Assembly: GCA_029557815.1 (NCBI GenBank)
Contig: JAKQHX010000034.1
Span: 1-48,324, forward strand
DNA: 48,324 bases
Direction of reading: 5' to 3'
Origin: a bacterium
Lineage (GTDB): Bacteria; Patescibacteriota; Saccharimonadia; Saccharimonadales; JAGQNK01
This document shows, piece by piece, positions 24,162 to 33,075 of the stretch. The notes under the pieces are model-generated. The model saw only the letters and a list, made by a program, of their open reading frames with translations. It had not been told where the DNA came from and made no database searches. The translations under genes and the position numbers were made by a program. Each line of letters opens with the position of its first letter. Within the stretch, counting starts at the first letter, position 1.

Positions 24162-25221
24162 CGAAAGCGATCACCTGTCCCCACTGGGCTCGCTTGATTG
24201 GATGGGTTCTGCTGAGCTTGACCAGCCGGAGAGAGAACTGGTAACAGGATTTCGTGCCGCCCTCCAGGAAGGCCTGGCTGTAGGCATAAAAACCCTGGAC
24301 ATTGATAGCCGTATGCACCTGGTCAATAATCCCGACAAAGCGATAGACCAGCAACTCCTGGGTGACGTCGAGAGAAAGGGCTATGCGGGACACTTTGTCG
24401 TATCGCCTGAGTACGCATGGCTACAAGGAGAAGCGCTTGGCAATTTCCGCATCATGAGAAGTGGACGTGCCGAGACATCTGCACACCAGGTATTCTTTGG
24501 GGCTTTGCAGGCAGACGGCGACAATGATCGAGGGTTGCTCGTTGCAGTCAAGCCTTGCATAGAGCGGAGCTCTACCGCTTGCAGTGACTGGCTCAATGCT
24601 CATTTGGCCCGCCGGGCCGGGGAACGTAGTTTCCAACCCGTCGGATATTTGTTGCATGAAGGTCGAGGCTACTCGGTAACTGAGCTGGACAGAGGTGTGG
24701 AGACACTGGATAACTCTGAGTGGCGGCAGGTTATGTTGGATGAAGGCAACCCCAACTACGCCGGACAAATCGAACTGCTTGGTGACATTGCGGCACGACT
24801 CGCCGGGCTGCATAAAAAGAATATCTTCCACGAAGACCCACAGTTCAAAAACATTGCCCTCGATATCAGTGGCGAGATGTTCTTCATTGATTGGGAGTCG
24901 TCGACATTTTTCCAAGGGGCAGTAGAGCAGTCGGTCCTCCAGCACAAAATGGAACATGACCTGAAGGTGCTCTTCGGCTCGATGGCGCGTTCTGTCGAGG
25001 ATAACGGGGTCGGGCTGCTTCATATATTCAAGCACCCTATCCAATGGCAGCTCTTCAAGAAGTATATTTTCGATCCGTATATGGAAACCTACCTTAGCGA
25101 TGAGGGCGAGGATGACTCCAGGTTTGAGGTACTTGCCGAAGTAGAAGCCACCCTCCAGCACTATATTGAATCGGGCGCTATCTACGAATCGCTCAAACGT
25201 CACAGAGGACACCACAACTAG
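24145..25221 (+). CDS. Protein kinase-like (Kdo/RIO/Bud32-like) phosphotransferase
   Basis: VAVKP (beta3 Lys), LHKKNIFHEDPQFKNI (HxDxxxxN catalytic loop), FIDWE (DFG equivalent). Confidence 0.75.
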   Translation: MALHTNESDHLSPLGSLDWMGSAELDQPERELVTGFRAALQEGLAVGIKTLDIDSRMHLVNNPDKAIDQQLLGDVERKGYAGHFVVSPEYAWLQGEALGNFRIMRSGRAETSAHQVFFGALQADGDNDRGLLVAVKPCIERSSTACSDWLNAHLARRAGERSFQPVGYLLHEGRGYSVTELDRGVETLDNSEWRQVMLDEGNPNYAGQIELLGDIAARLAGLHKKNIFHEDPQFKNIALDISGEMFFIDWESSTFFQGAVEQSVLQHKMEHDLKVLFGSMARSVEDNGVGLLHIFKHPIQWQLFKKYIFDPYMETYLSDEGEDDSRFEVLAEVEATLQHYIESGAIYESLKRHRGHHN

Positions 25222-25243
25222 CCCGCTGTACTTGACAGGGAAA

Positions 25244-25270
25244 TTAGCACTCGGCTATTATGAGTGCTAA
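25244..25270 (+). promoter_or_regulatory. CIRCE operator (HrcA binding site)
   Basis: Perfect TTAGCACTC-N9-GAGTGCTAA overlapping the TTGACA (25232) / TATTAT promoter upstream of groES. Confidence 0.95.
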
Positions 25271-25328
25271 TGGATGGTGTTTTATGCACTGTCCTTTCCT
25301 AAGGAAACACTGATAAACGGAGGAAGAT

Positions 25329-25598
25329 ATGGCTGTAAAAATTCAACCATTGGCTGACTATGTCGTAGCACAGCAGGAAGAGGCCGAGACCAAGACCGCC
25401 AGCGGTTTATACATCCCAGGCGGCGCCCAGGAAAAGCCGAAGGTCGCAAAAGTCCTGGCAACTGGCAAAGAGGTCAAGAATGTCAAAGTCGGTGACCGAA
25501 TCATCTACGGCGGTTATAGCAACACCGATGTCAAGATGGACAACGAGACCTACATGCTGGTCAAAGAAGAAAATATCTACGCAACGGTAAAAGGTTAG
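25329..25598 (+). CDS. groES: Co-chaperonin GroES
   Basis: IQPLADYVV...KTASGLYIP...VKVGDRII; RBS GGAGG. Confidence 0.95.
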   Translation: MAVKIQPLADYVVAQQEEAETKTASGLYIPGGAQEKPKVAKVLATGKEVKNVKVGDRIIYGGYSNTDVKMDNETYMLVKEENIYATVKG

Positions 25599-25602
25599 GG
25601 CT

Positions 25603-25737
25603 ATGGATATTATTGGGTTCCTTCTTGCAGTCTTTTTCGTTTTATCGGTTTATGAATTTCATAAATCAATTGGCGAAATAAAATCCCGACTAAAAAGCAT
25701 TGAAGAAAAGCTAGATCAGAAGAAAGGAAGTAAGTAG
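25603..25737 (+). CDS. 44-aa membrane-anchored coiled-coil microprotein (not in ORF track)
   Basis: MDIIGFLLAVFFVLSVYEFHKSIGEIKSRLKSIEEKLDQKKGSK*; starts 4 nt after groES and its stop abuts the groEL ATG. Confidence 0.6.
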   Translation: MDIIGFLLAVFFVLSVYEFHKSIGEIKSRLKSIEEKLDQKKGSK

Positions 25738-27387
25738 ATGGCGAAGAAGGTATTTTATGACGAAGACGCTCGTCGGCGCGTGCTGGGCGGCGCGGAAATT
25801 CTGTATAACGCAGTCAAGACGACCATGGGGCCAAAGGGCCGAAACGTCGTCATCAGCAAGAGTTTCGGCAGTCCGAGCGTGACACATGATGGCGTGACGG
25901 TTGCAAAAGGCGTGGAAATTGCAGATGTCGATGACGAGACACTTGGCTACAAAGTCGGTGCTGAGCTTATCAAACAAGCGGCCAACAAGATGAATGATGT
26001 TGCCGGTGACGGTACCACCACTGTAACGGTGTTGACCTACCACATCCTAAACGAGGCCAACAAGCTCATCGCGGCCGGACACAACCCAATGCTCTTGCGA
26101 AAAGGACTAGAGGCAGCAGCCCAGGATGTTATCAAGCAACTCAGTAGCATGGCCGAGGATATCAAGGCCAACAAAAAGCGTGTCGCTGAGGTCGCAACCA
26201 TTTCAGCCGGTGACGCGGAAATCGGTGAATTGATCGCTGACGTCATAGACAAAGTTGGCAAAGAAGGCGTCGTCACGGTCGAAGAAGGCCAAGGTCTGGC
26301 GCTTGAGAGCGAAGTCGTCGAAGGTTTCACGTTCGACAAAGGCTTCGTCAGTCCGTACATGGTGACGGATGCGAACCGTATGGAGGCCGTGTCCGAGAAG
26401 CCGGCAATCGTTATTACTGATAAGAAAATCAGCTCTATCCAAGAGTTCCTGCCGCTACTCGAGAAGCTGGCCCAGGCTGGCAAGAAAGAGCTTGTGCTGA
26501 TTGCTGAAGATGTGGAGGGCGAGGCGCTTGGTACGTTCGTGCTGAACAAACTGAAGGGTGTGTTCAACACGATTGCCGTCAAGGCGCCAGCCTTTGGCGA
26601 CCGTCGCAAAGATATCCTGAATGACATCGCTATTTTGACGGGCGCGGAAGTCATCACGGACGACCGTGGTATGACCTTTGAAAACGTCGAACTCGACGTT
26701 GTCGGTTCTGCCCGTAAGGTCATCGTGACTAAGGACGAGACGACTATTATCGAAGGCGCCGGCTCAGAGGCGGAAGTCGCTGCCCGGATTGCCCAGATCA
26801 AGCAGCAGTCGACGAGCGCCGCAAGTGAATACGACAAAGAGAATCTCGACAAGCGCCAGGCGGCGCTGTCCGGCAAAGTCGCTGTCATCAAGGTCGGTGG
26901 TGCAACCGAAACTGAAATCGAAGAAAAGAAATACCGTGTTGATGACGCCGTAGCGGCTGTGAAGGCAGCTATGGACGAAGGCATCGTGCCGGGCGGTGGC
27001 GTAACGCTCGTGAATTTGAGCGAAGCCATCAAAGTCACAGGATCAGACTCCGAGGCAGCTGGCGTGCAGTTGCTCAAGAACGCATTGCAACAGCCGTTTA
27101 GGATTCTGCTTGCCAATTCTGGGCTAAACGCCGACGAATGGCTGCCCCAGGTCAAGGCCGCCAAAGCCGGGCAGGGTGTAAATGTGGCCAATCCAACCAA
27201 GCTGGTCGATATGAAATCTGCCGGTGTGGTTGACCCGGCGCGGGTCACCAAAGAGGCCGTGCTGAACGCGGTATCAATCGCTGGTACCAGCATGACCATG
27301 GGCGCGCTCGTGGTTGATGTGCCAGAGAAGGAAGCCCCCGCACCGATGGGCGGTGGCGGCGGTATGCCTGGCATGGGAATGATGTAA
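25738..27387 (+). CDS. groEL: Chaperonin GroEL
   Basis: TMGPKGRNV, AGDGTTT, KAPAFGDRRK, GGM tail. Confidence 0.98.
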   Translation: MAKKVFYDEDARRRVLGGAEILYNAVKTTMGPKGRNVVISKSFGSPSVTHDGVTVAKGVEIADVDDETLGYKVGAELIKQAANKMNDVAGDGTTTVTVLTYHILNEANKLIAAGHNPMLLRKGLEAAAQDVIKQLSSMAEDIKANKKRVAEVATISAGDAEIGELIADVIDKVGKEGVVTVEEGQGLALESEVVEGFTFDKGFVSPYMVTDANRMEAVSEKPAIVITDKKISSIQEFLPLLEKLAQAGKKELVLIAEDVEGEALGTFVLNKLKGVFNTIAVKAPAFGDRRKDILNDIAILTGAEVITDDRGMTFENVELDVVGSARKVIVTKDETTIIEGAGSEAEVAARIAQIKQQSTSAASEYDKENLDKRQAALSGKVAVIKVGGATETEIEEKKYRVDDAVAAVKAAMDEGIVPGGGVTLVNLSEAIKVTGSDSEAAGVQLLKNALQQPFRILLANSGLNADEWLPQVKAAKAGQGVNVANPTKLVDMKSAGVVDPARVTKEAVLNAVSIAGTSMTMGALVVDVPEKEAPAPMGGGGGMPGMGMM

Positions 27388-27407
27388 AAGAAGTCGTTTC
27401 ATATCGA

Positions 27408-27435
27408 AAAAGCTCCGGTGAAAACCGGAGCTTTT
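27408..27435. terminator. Bidirectional intrinsic terminator
   Basis: AAAAGCTCCGGT-GAAA-ACCGGAGCTTTT between convergent genes. Confidence 0.88.
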
Positions 27436-27451
27436 AGTATGGTCAGGAAGT

Positions 27452-28531
27452 CTAGAGCAGGATGCGTGCGACAATGTCCGTTGTTATGAAGTTCGTACTG
27501 TCTCTGCCTCGTCCTGTCGGCTGATGGAATACAAGCCTTTCTGCGGTTTCGACAGCCCGGACCGTGTCCAGTACACGGGCATGGCTTCGTCCAAATAAAT
27601 GCGCCAACTCTTCATTTCGTACCCGGTAATATGTCTTTGCCGAAGAGCCTGCGCCTGCGGACTCCTGTATGTCGTCCTGGAACGGTGTGTCGATACTCAG
27701 CGCAAAACCATCGTCAGCTCTTGCGCTGTATGCAAAAGATCCCACGACTCGTGCACCGACCAGATCAGTGATTTCGTATGATTCGTCGTCGGCACTATAC
27801 AGTTTGATGGCCGGCTTCTTTACGCCAGAATCTTTCCGGGACGTGGCGGTGACAAGCTGTGCCCAGCCGCGCATTGACTCATCATCCGGGAACAGGGTAT
27901 CCAGATGAATGTATGGTTTACTGCTGTCGAGATTGGGCCGCAGCTCGAGTAGTTTTTCTTGGATATGTTCAGGAAATGCTGACAGGAGACTGCCGCGGGC
28001 TTTGACGGCTAGAGCTTCTGTAATGACGCCATTATGTACCCGCACGCTCACGGCTTGGTTCCCGAGATCGTCCGGATGCTCAGCGTTTGGCTCCAGCAGG
28101 AGGAAGCTCATGGAGATACGATCGGAAACTGCTTCTTGGCCATGGATAACAGCATGAGCCAGCTCATTGTTGACTTCCGCCACTCGAGCTAACTCCTCGC
28201 CAAGCAGTTGGTTTTGTTTTTTGGTGCTGACGTCGGCGCTTGTCTCGGCTATGCGGCCAAGGGCGTGACCGAGTTCGGTATCATCAGCCTGGCTCACCAG
28301 GGAACCGAGGTAGTTGATATCCCCAACGCTAAGGCCGAAAATCTCGTCACGTGCGCCTCTGTCGGGGTGGACTAACGTGCTGAGGGCTTTTGCAAGGGCA
28401 CTCACTACAACACGCGCTTCGCTCGGCTCCAACTCTACCGCAAGCTCCGGCTTGATGCCGAGCTGTAAAATAGCGGTACCGAGCCTATCGGCGGGATGTT
28501 GTGTCTCGAATCGTCTCTCGTAATCAGCCAT
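27452..28531 (-). CDS. Hypothetical protein with N-terminal HPD (J-domain-like) motif
   Basis: 359 aa; LGI...LAKALSTLVHPDRG. Confidence 0.6.
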   Translation of the reverse strand: MADYERRFETQHPADRLGTAILQLGIKPELAVELEPSEARVVVSALAKALSTLVHPDRGARDEIFGLSVGDINYLGSLVSQADDTELGHALGRIAETSADVSTKKQNQLLGEELARVAEVNNELAHAVIHGQEAVSDRISMSFLLLEPNAEHPDDLGNQAVSVRVHNGVITEALAVKARGSLLSAFPEHIQEKLLELRPNLDSSKPYIHLDTLFPDDESMRGWAQLVTATSRKDSGVKKPAIKLYSADDESYEITDLVGARVVGSFAYSARADDGFALSIDTPFQDDIQESAGAGSSAKTYYRVRNEELAHLFGRSHARVLDTVRAVETAERLVFHQPTGRGRDSTNFITTDIVARILL

Positions 28532-28540
28532 GCTGCTTAC

Positions 28541-29161
28541 CTATATCTCGAATTCTTCGCCTGATTCATCGGTGACGATGGCCAGGGTAGGTCCTACCGG
28601 TTCTTCTTCGTCGTCATCGCCCCAGTCGCCATCGATCATTGGGAGCTCATCATCCAGAGCAAGGTTCCGGTGCTCAATATACTCTTGGTATTCCTCAGCT
28701 GTTTCCGCCTCCGCTACATCGCTGACCGCGAATCGTTCACGCAGAAGTTCGACATTGCCAAGACTCGCGTCAGACAACATCGCATGCATGGTCATGATGC
28801 CATCAAGGGCTCCCATATTTAGATCTACGCGAAGAACCTCAGAGAGGTCTTCGATACCGATGCCAGCCAGACCATTGCTGCGCAAAATAGCTACGATACC
28901 ATCTATAGGTTCAGCTTCTGTGTCGTCAAGCGAGCCGTCGAGCGGCAGTTCGGCAGCGAGCGCATGTGTGATGTCGGTAGCCATAGCTGCTCCCAGCCCA
29001 TCGCCCTCATAGCGTTCAATAGTCGCTGCAACAGTGGCAGGATGTAGCGCCAACCAGTCACTGCGGGCATTGATGCCTTCCCATAGTTCCATGGCTATGG
29101 CTTGCTCCCGTGACAGGGCTTCGATGCCTGGACCTGTTTCTTGTCTTTCCATACTAAGCAA
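28541..29161 (-). CDS. Hypothetical highly acidic protein
   Basis: 206 aa ORF with operon-like spacing (9-10 nt gaps); start may be ATG 29152. Confidence 0.65.
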   Translation of the reverse strand: MLSMERQETGPGIEALSREQAIAMELWEGINARSDWLALHPATVAATIERYEGDGLGAAMATDITHALAAELPLDGSLDDTEAEPIDGIVAILRSNGLAGIGIEDLSEVLRVDLNMGALDGIMTMHAMLSDASLGNVELLRERFAVSDVAEAETAEEYQEYIEHRNLALDDELPMIDGDWGDDDEEEPVGPTLAIVTDESGEEFEI

Positions 29162-29171
29162 TGATCCTTCT

Positions 29172-29396
29172 CTATTCGCCCAAGAAGTCGCCTAGATCGA
29201 CTTGAGCCATGTTATCTTCTACAAAGTCCGCAATTTCGGCTTCGTTGCCGGAAGCTGCGGTCATAGCGGCCCGTCCGACACCGATATGCGTGTCTGGGGT
29301 GGTTGCTATACTTTCATCAATATCACCCATACCTTCGCTTGCGAGCATGGCTTCTACTGCTGCTGGATCGTTCCAGTCAATTGATTCATGTGTCAT
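29172..29396 (-). CDS. Small acidic hypothetical protein (74 aa)
   Basis: RBS AAGGAG before ATG 29396; minus-strand promoter TTTACA-N17-TACTAT. Confidence 0.65.
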   Translation of the reverse strand: MTHESIDWNDPAAVEAMLASEGMGDIDESIATTPDTHIGVGRAAMTAASGNEAEIADFVEDNMAQVDLGDFLGE

Positions 29397-29541
29397 GAAA
29401 ACTCCTTCGTTAATTTGAACGTGCATATAGTAAAATAATTCTGCCTATTTGTAAAATAATACACTACGATTTATATATAACAGATACAAAAATGTAAGAA
29501 AATTATTTACAAAACATCACAAATATGCTACGATACACAGC

Positions 29542-30297
29542 ATGGACTGGTTCAAGGCGCTTGGCCTGAATGAAAAACAGCAGAGGCTGTACCTGTTTGT
29601 ACTCGAATACGGCGCCTCAACTGCTAGCCAGTTGGCACACGGGCTTGGCGAACAGCGTACGAACATATACTTACTGGCTGAGGAACTAGAGGCACAAGGC
29701 TTGGTGGAGCGTGACGACACCCAGCCGGTAGTACGGTTTGCCGCCACCAATCCCGGTAGGCTGCAGCAGCTTCTGGCAGGGCGGCAGCAAGCCCTGACGA
29801 CCAGTGCAGCGCAGCTGAGGAAGGCATTGCCGGATCTGCAAGGGATGTACCAGTTGAGCAGCCCCAAGCCGGGGTTTGCGTATTTTGAAGGATTGAAAGG
29901 ATACGCGGCGGCACTCGAAGATATGATCCGGTCAAAAAAAGAAGTCTGTGTGTTTGCGGCTTCGGACGTATCACGGGCGCGTCCTGATGCCTGGGACATC
30001 CTGCAAAACAAACTGGCCAAGCGGGCGCATGCAAAAGTTGGTACCCGAATACTGTTTGAGACAGCACTGAAGCAGGACACCGATATCCCGTCGCGGGAGC
30101 GGCAGCGCATGAAGGTGCGATTCTGGGGTGATAAGGCCTTCGAGGGCGAGGTTGCAATCTATGGGCCTACTGTCGTATTGACCACCTATGATGAGAAGCT
30201 GGTGAGCCTTGTTATCAAAAACCCGGCGATAGCTGCGACCATGCAGACAATCTTTGACACCGCATGGTTGGCGACGGGGAAGCCGAGCTCCAGATGA
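29542..30297 (+). CDS. TrmB family transcriptional regulator
   Basis: LGLNEKQQRLYLFVLEYG...IYLLAEELEAQGLV wHTH; YFEGLKG and C-terminal effector domain ending IFDTAW. Confidence 0.85.
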   Translation: MDWFKALGLNEKQQRLYLFVLEYGASTASQLAHGLGEQRTNIYLLAEELEAQGLVERDDTQPVVRFAATNPGRLQQLLAGRQQALTTSAAQLRKALPDLQGMYQLSSPKPGFAYFEGLKGYAAALEDMIRSKKEVCVFAASDVSRARPDAWDILQNKLAKRAHAKVGTRILFETALKQDTDIPSRERQRMKVRFWGDKAFEGEVAIYGPTVVLTTYDEKLVSLVIKNPAIAATMQTIFDTAWLATGKPSSR

Positions 30298-30374
30298 TAA
30301 CCACTAACGTAATGAATAGTTGCCAGATGTGCTAGTTTGTAGTATTGTTTCATTAGACATTTGGGAGACAATAG

Positions 30375-30983
30375 ATGGCACTGTTTAACAGAGGCAACAA
30401 GAACAAGACGGATGTTCCGGCTGAAATCCAGGAATATTACGAGACAGGGAAACGCGACCGTACGGGCATCGCGTGGCTCTTGGCTTTTGGTACGCTCATC
30501 CTGACCATTGTCTTGGCCGCAGGCATTTTCTTCGCCGGTCGCTTTGCATACCGCAAAATTGCCGGCAATAATGATACGTCCCAGGTTGCCCAGAACGACA
30601 CCCAGCCACAAGAGGAGCAGTCTCCTGAAACGCCCGCTCCATCGGAGGAGCAGCAGCGTACCGAAGAAGAGCGCCAAGCCGAGGAGCAACGAAAAGCTGA
30701 CGAAGCTCGCCGTGCCGAGGAACAGAAGGCGGAAGAGGAGCGAAAGGCCGCAGCAGAACGTAAAGCGGCCGAGGAGCGCGAACGGGCTGCCCAGCAGCGG
30801 GCCGAGGAGGAAGCGACACCAGCCCCAACCCAGCAGTCTGCGGGCGGGAGTAGTGAGGACCGACAGGTTGCAGCCGGCGACGCCATCCCGGAAACTGGCC
30901 CCGGTGATACGCTGGCGATATTCATAGCGGTCACAATTTTGGGCTACATGGCTCACCGACTCCACTTTGCCAAAAGAAGTTAA
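30375..30983 (+). CDS. Membrane protein with charged helical stalk and LPXTG-like C-terminal signal
   Basis: N-terminal TM, E/R/A/K-rich segment, IPETGP followed by a hydrophobic helix and basic tail. Confidence 0.7.
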   Translation: MALFNRGNKNKTDVPAEIQEYYETGKRDRTGIAWLLAFGTLILTIVLAAGIFFAGRFAYRKIAGNNDTSQVAQNDTQPQEEQSPETPAPSEEQQRTEEERQAEEQRKADEARRAEEQKAEEERKAAAERKAAEERERAAQQRAEEEATPAPTQQSAGGSSEDRQVAAGDAIPETGPGDTLAIFIAVTILGYMAHRLHFAKRS

Positions 30984-31084
30984 AAAATCTAAAACCCCTT
31001 GTTTTCATCGCCATGTCACAGCCGATACGCTTTTTTCTTATGCCAAGAACATATTTCACTTTAGTCCTGTGGACTTGAAAGCGA

Positions 31085-31258
31085 CCTACTTTCTTGTGCT
31101 GACAAGAAAGTTAGGCAAAGAAACAGCAGGCAGTTAAAAAACAGCAATTGAAATACCTCCGTCAGCCAAATCGGAACCTGCGGAACTCGTTACACTCAAA
31201 CAGTCCTCGCTTCACTACTTGGCTCACGGAGGTATTTCATCGGTTTTTAAAAGCCTGC
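31085..31258. repeat. REP/MITE-like palindromic element
   Basis: Hairpin ACTTTCTTGT-GCTG-ACAAGAAAGT, then a long imperfect inverted repeat with perfect 14-bp core TGAAATACCTCCGT/ACGGAGGTATTTCA (31149-31162/31226-31239). Confidence 0.6.
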
Positions 31259-31339
31259 AACAGATACACCAAGAAGGGCCAGCTGGCTGAAAGCCAGTAC
31301 CGAAAGAGATGAAAGAGTTAGTAATCTTTCTAAGAATTA

Positions 31340-31960
31340 TTATTCTTTGTTTTGAGTTTGCTGGGTGAAGTAGTTGATTTCGTTTACGACGTCTAAGAGT
31401 GCTTGGGCGCGGACTTTTTCGTCCTCGATTTTTTGGGCTGCTTCGTAGGCAGTGCGTATTTTGCTGGAGTCATCAGTTGCCTGGATCATCATCATGGTGG
31501 TGCGGAAGTGTTCTTCTGGTGATTGGTCCAGCTGTTCGACCAATGGTGAGAGGCTCTGCAAAGCTTCTTGTTTGAGGTCGATAAGATCGCTCGAAGGTGC
31601 CGGAGTGTCACCGTCATCCGTATCAGTGGTGAGCGCTGGTGTCGGGGCTGTAGTAGCGGGTTCTGGTGCGGCTGATTCGTCCGTAGGTGGCTCCGATGGG
31701 GTCAGGTTGCCGGGTAAGCTCGGTGAATCTGACGATTCCAGTGCGCTATCGGCTGATACATCCAGTGTGGCGTTTGGCACAGGCTCTGATGCTGACGTAT
31801 CTGTCGTATCACTGGTGGTATCGCTAGGCGCAGCCGGTGGTTCGGCTGGCGGCGGCGTAAAACCTTGCATATCAGTTGCCGGTGCAGTAGTTGGCTGCAC
31901 GGTTGTTGCGTCGTCTTGATTTTGGTTTTGCTGTTGGTTGTCGTCGTTGTGACCGAACAT
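31340..31960 (-). CDS. Hypothetical protein (disordered acidic P/T/S-rich N-terminus, helical C-terminal domain)
   Basis: 206 aa; compact C-terminal domain LKQEALQSLSPLV...AQALLDVVNEINYF. Confidence 0.75.
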   Translation of the reverse strand: MFGHNDDNQQQNQNQDDATTVQPTTAPATDMQGFTPPPAEPPAAPSDTTSDTTDTSASEPVPNATLDVSADSALESSDSPSLPGNLTPSEPPTDESAAPEPATTAPTPALTTDTDDGDTPAPSSDLIDLKQEALQSLSPLVEQLDQSPEEHFRTTMMMIQATDDSSKIRTAYEAAQKIEDEKVRAQALLDVVNEINYFTQQTQNKE

Positions 31961-32036
31961 ATTTTCCCACCCTCTTGATTAACAACTATCAGTTAGTAGA
32001 TAGTATATAACATAAACGCAGTGAGGGAGAAATACT

Positions 32037-33068
32037 TTGTTAGACGATCTGAAATATATCCATGAACGGGACGCCCAGGATGCACTTGGCGTCGCCGAGA
32101 AACAGTGGCAGCAGCTGTTGCACGAGTATGATGTGACCTGGAAATCTGTGGGTGAAGTAAAAAACATCATGGTAGCCGGTATGGGCGGTTCTGCCTTGGC
32201 TGCTTCATGTGTTCAATCATGGCCGCAAGCGAAGGTGCCTTTTGAAGTAGTGCGTAATTACGATATACCGCCTTACGCAGGGAAAGGGACCTTGTTCATC
32301 GCATCAAGCTACTCAGGCAATACCGAAGAGACACTTGAGGCGTTGCAGGAGGCAGAGAGCAAGGGTTGTCAGATTGCAGTCATAGCTTCGGGTGGAAAGC
32401 TTGGCGATCATGCAGCGGAAAAGGATTACCCGTTCTTCAAGGTTCCAGGCGGCATGCAGCCAAGGATGGCAGTCTTTTATAACTTTGCCGCATTGGTGCA
32501 GCTACTGGTACTCGCCGGGTGTGTTGATGCTGAAAAACTGACAGAACTACAGGAAACCGCCAACTGGCTCAAAGACCAGACTGCCGACTGGCTGCCTATC
32601 GTCCCCGCGGCCAAAAATCCGGCCAAGCAGCTGGCTCAGGAGCTTATGGGCAGGGCGCCAGTGGTGTATGCTGGCCCGAAATTGTACCCGGCGGCGTATA
32701 AGTGGAAAATAAACTTTAACGAGAATGCCAAGAACGTCGCATGGTGTAACCAGCTGCCGGAATTTAACCACAATGAATTCCTCGGTTGGACAAGCCATCC
32801 GGTTGACAAGCCGTACGCGGTTGTTGACCTCAGGAGCAGCTTGGAGCATGAGCGGGTGCGGAAGCGGTTTGATATCACTGACAAGCTGCTTTCCGGCAAG
32901 CGGCCAGTTGCCCATGTCGTGGAAGCAAAAGGCGATACACTATTGCAGCAGCTTTTATGGACAATTGTGCTCGGTGATTTCGTGAGCCTGTATCTAGCGC
33001 TGCTCAATGGCCTCAACCCGACGCCAGTGGATCTGATAGAGAAACTAAAAGGCGCTCTCACGGAGTAA
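32037..33068 (+). CDS. Bifunctional phosphoglucose/phosphomannose isomerase
   Basis: AGMGGSAL, SSYSGNTEET, QPRMA, WKINFNENAK, PEFNHNE, NPTPVDLIEKLK; TTG start with GGGAG RBS. Confidence 0.92.
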   Translation: MLDDLKYIHERDAQDALGVAEKQWQQLLHEYDVTWKSVGEVKNIMVAGMGGSALAASCVQSWPQAKVPFEVVRNYDIPPYAGKGTLFIASSYSGNTEETLEALQEAESKGCQIAVIASGGKLGDHAAEKDYPFFKVPGGMQPRMAVFYNFAALVQLLVLAGCVDAEKLTELQETANWLKDQTADWLPIVPAAKNPAKQLAQELMGRAPVVYAGPKLYPAAYKWKINFNENAKNVAWCNQLPEFNHNEFLGWTSHPVDKPYAVVDLRSSLEHERVRKRFDITDKLLSGKRPVAHVVEAKGDTLLQQLLWTIVLGDFVSLYLALLNGLNPTPVDLIEKLKGALTE

Positions 33069-33075
33069 CCTACCA

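Noticed and set aside
26037-27374. 445-aa antisense ORF inside groEL, and similar shadow ORFs over valS, murE, argS and rpoD
   Set aside because: Antisense mirror frames caused by codon bias of the real genes; no motifs.
29172-29396. Firm call as Pup/UBact
   Set aside because: Ends LGE rather than GGE/GGQ, and there are no pafA, dop or proteasome genes in the window; kept only as a remark.
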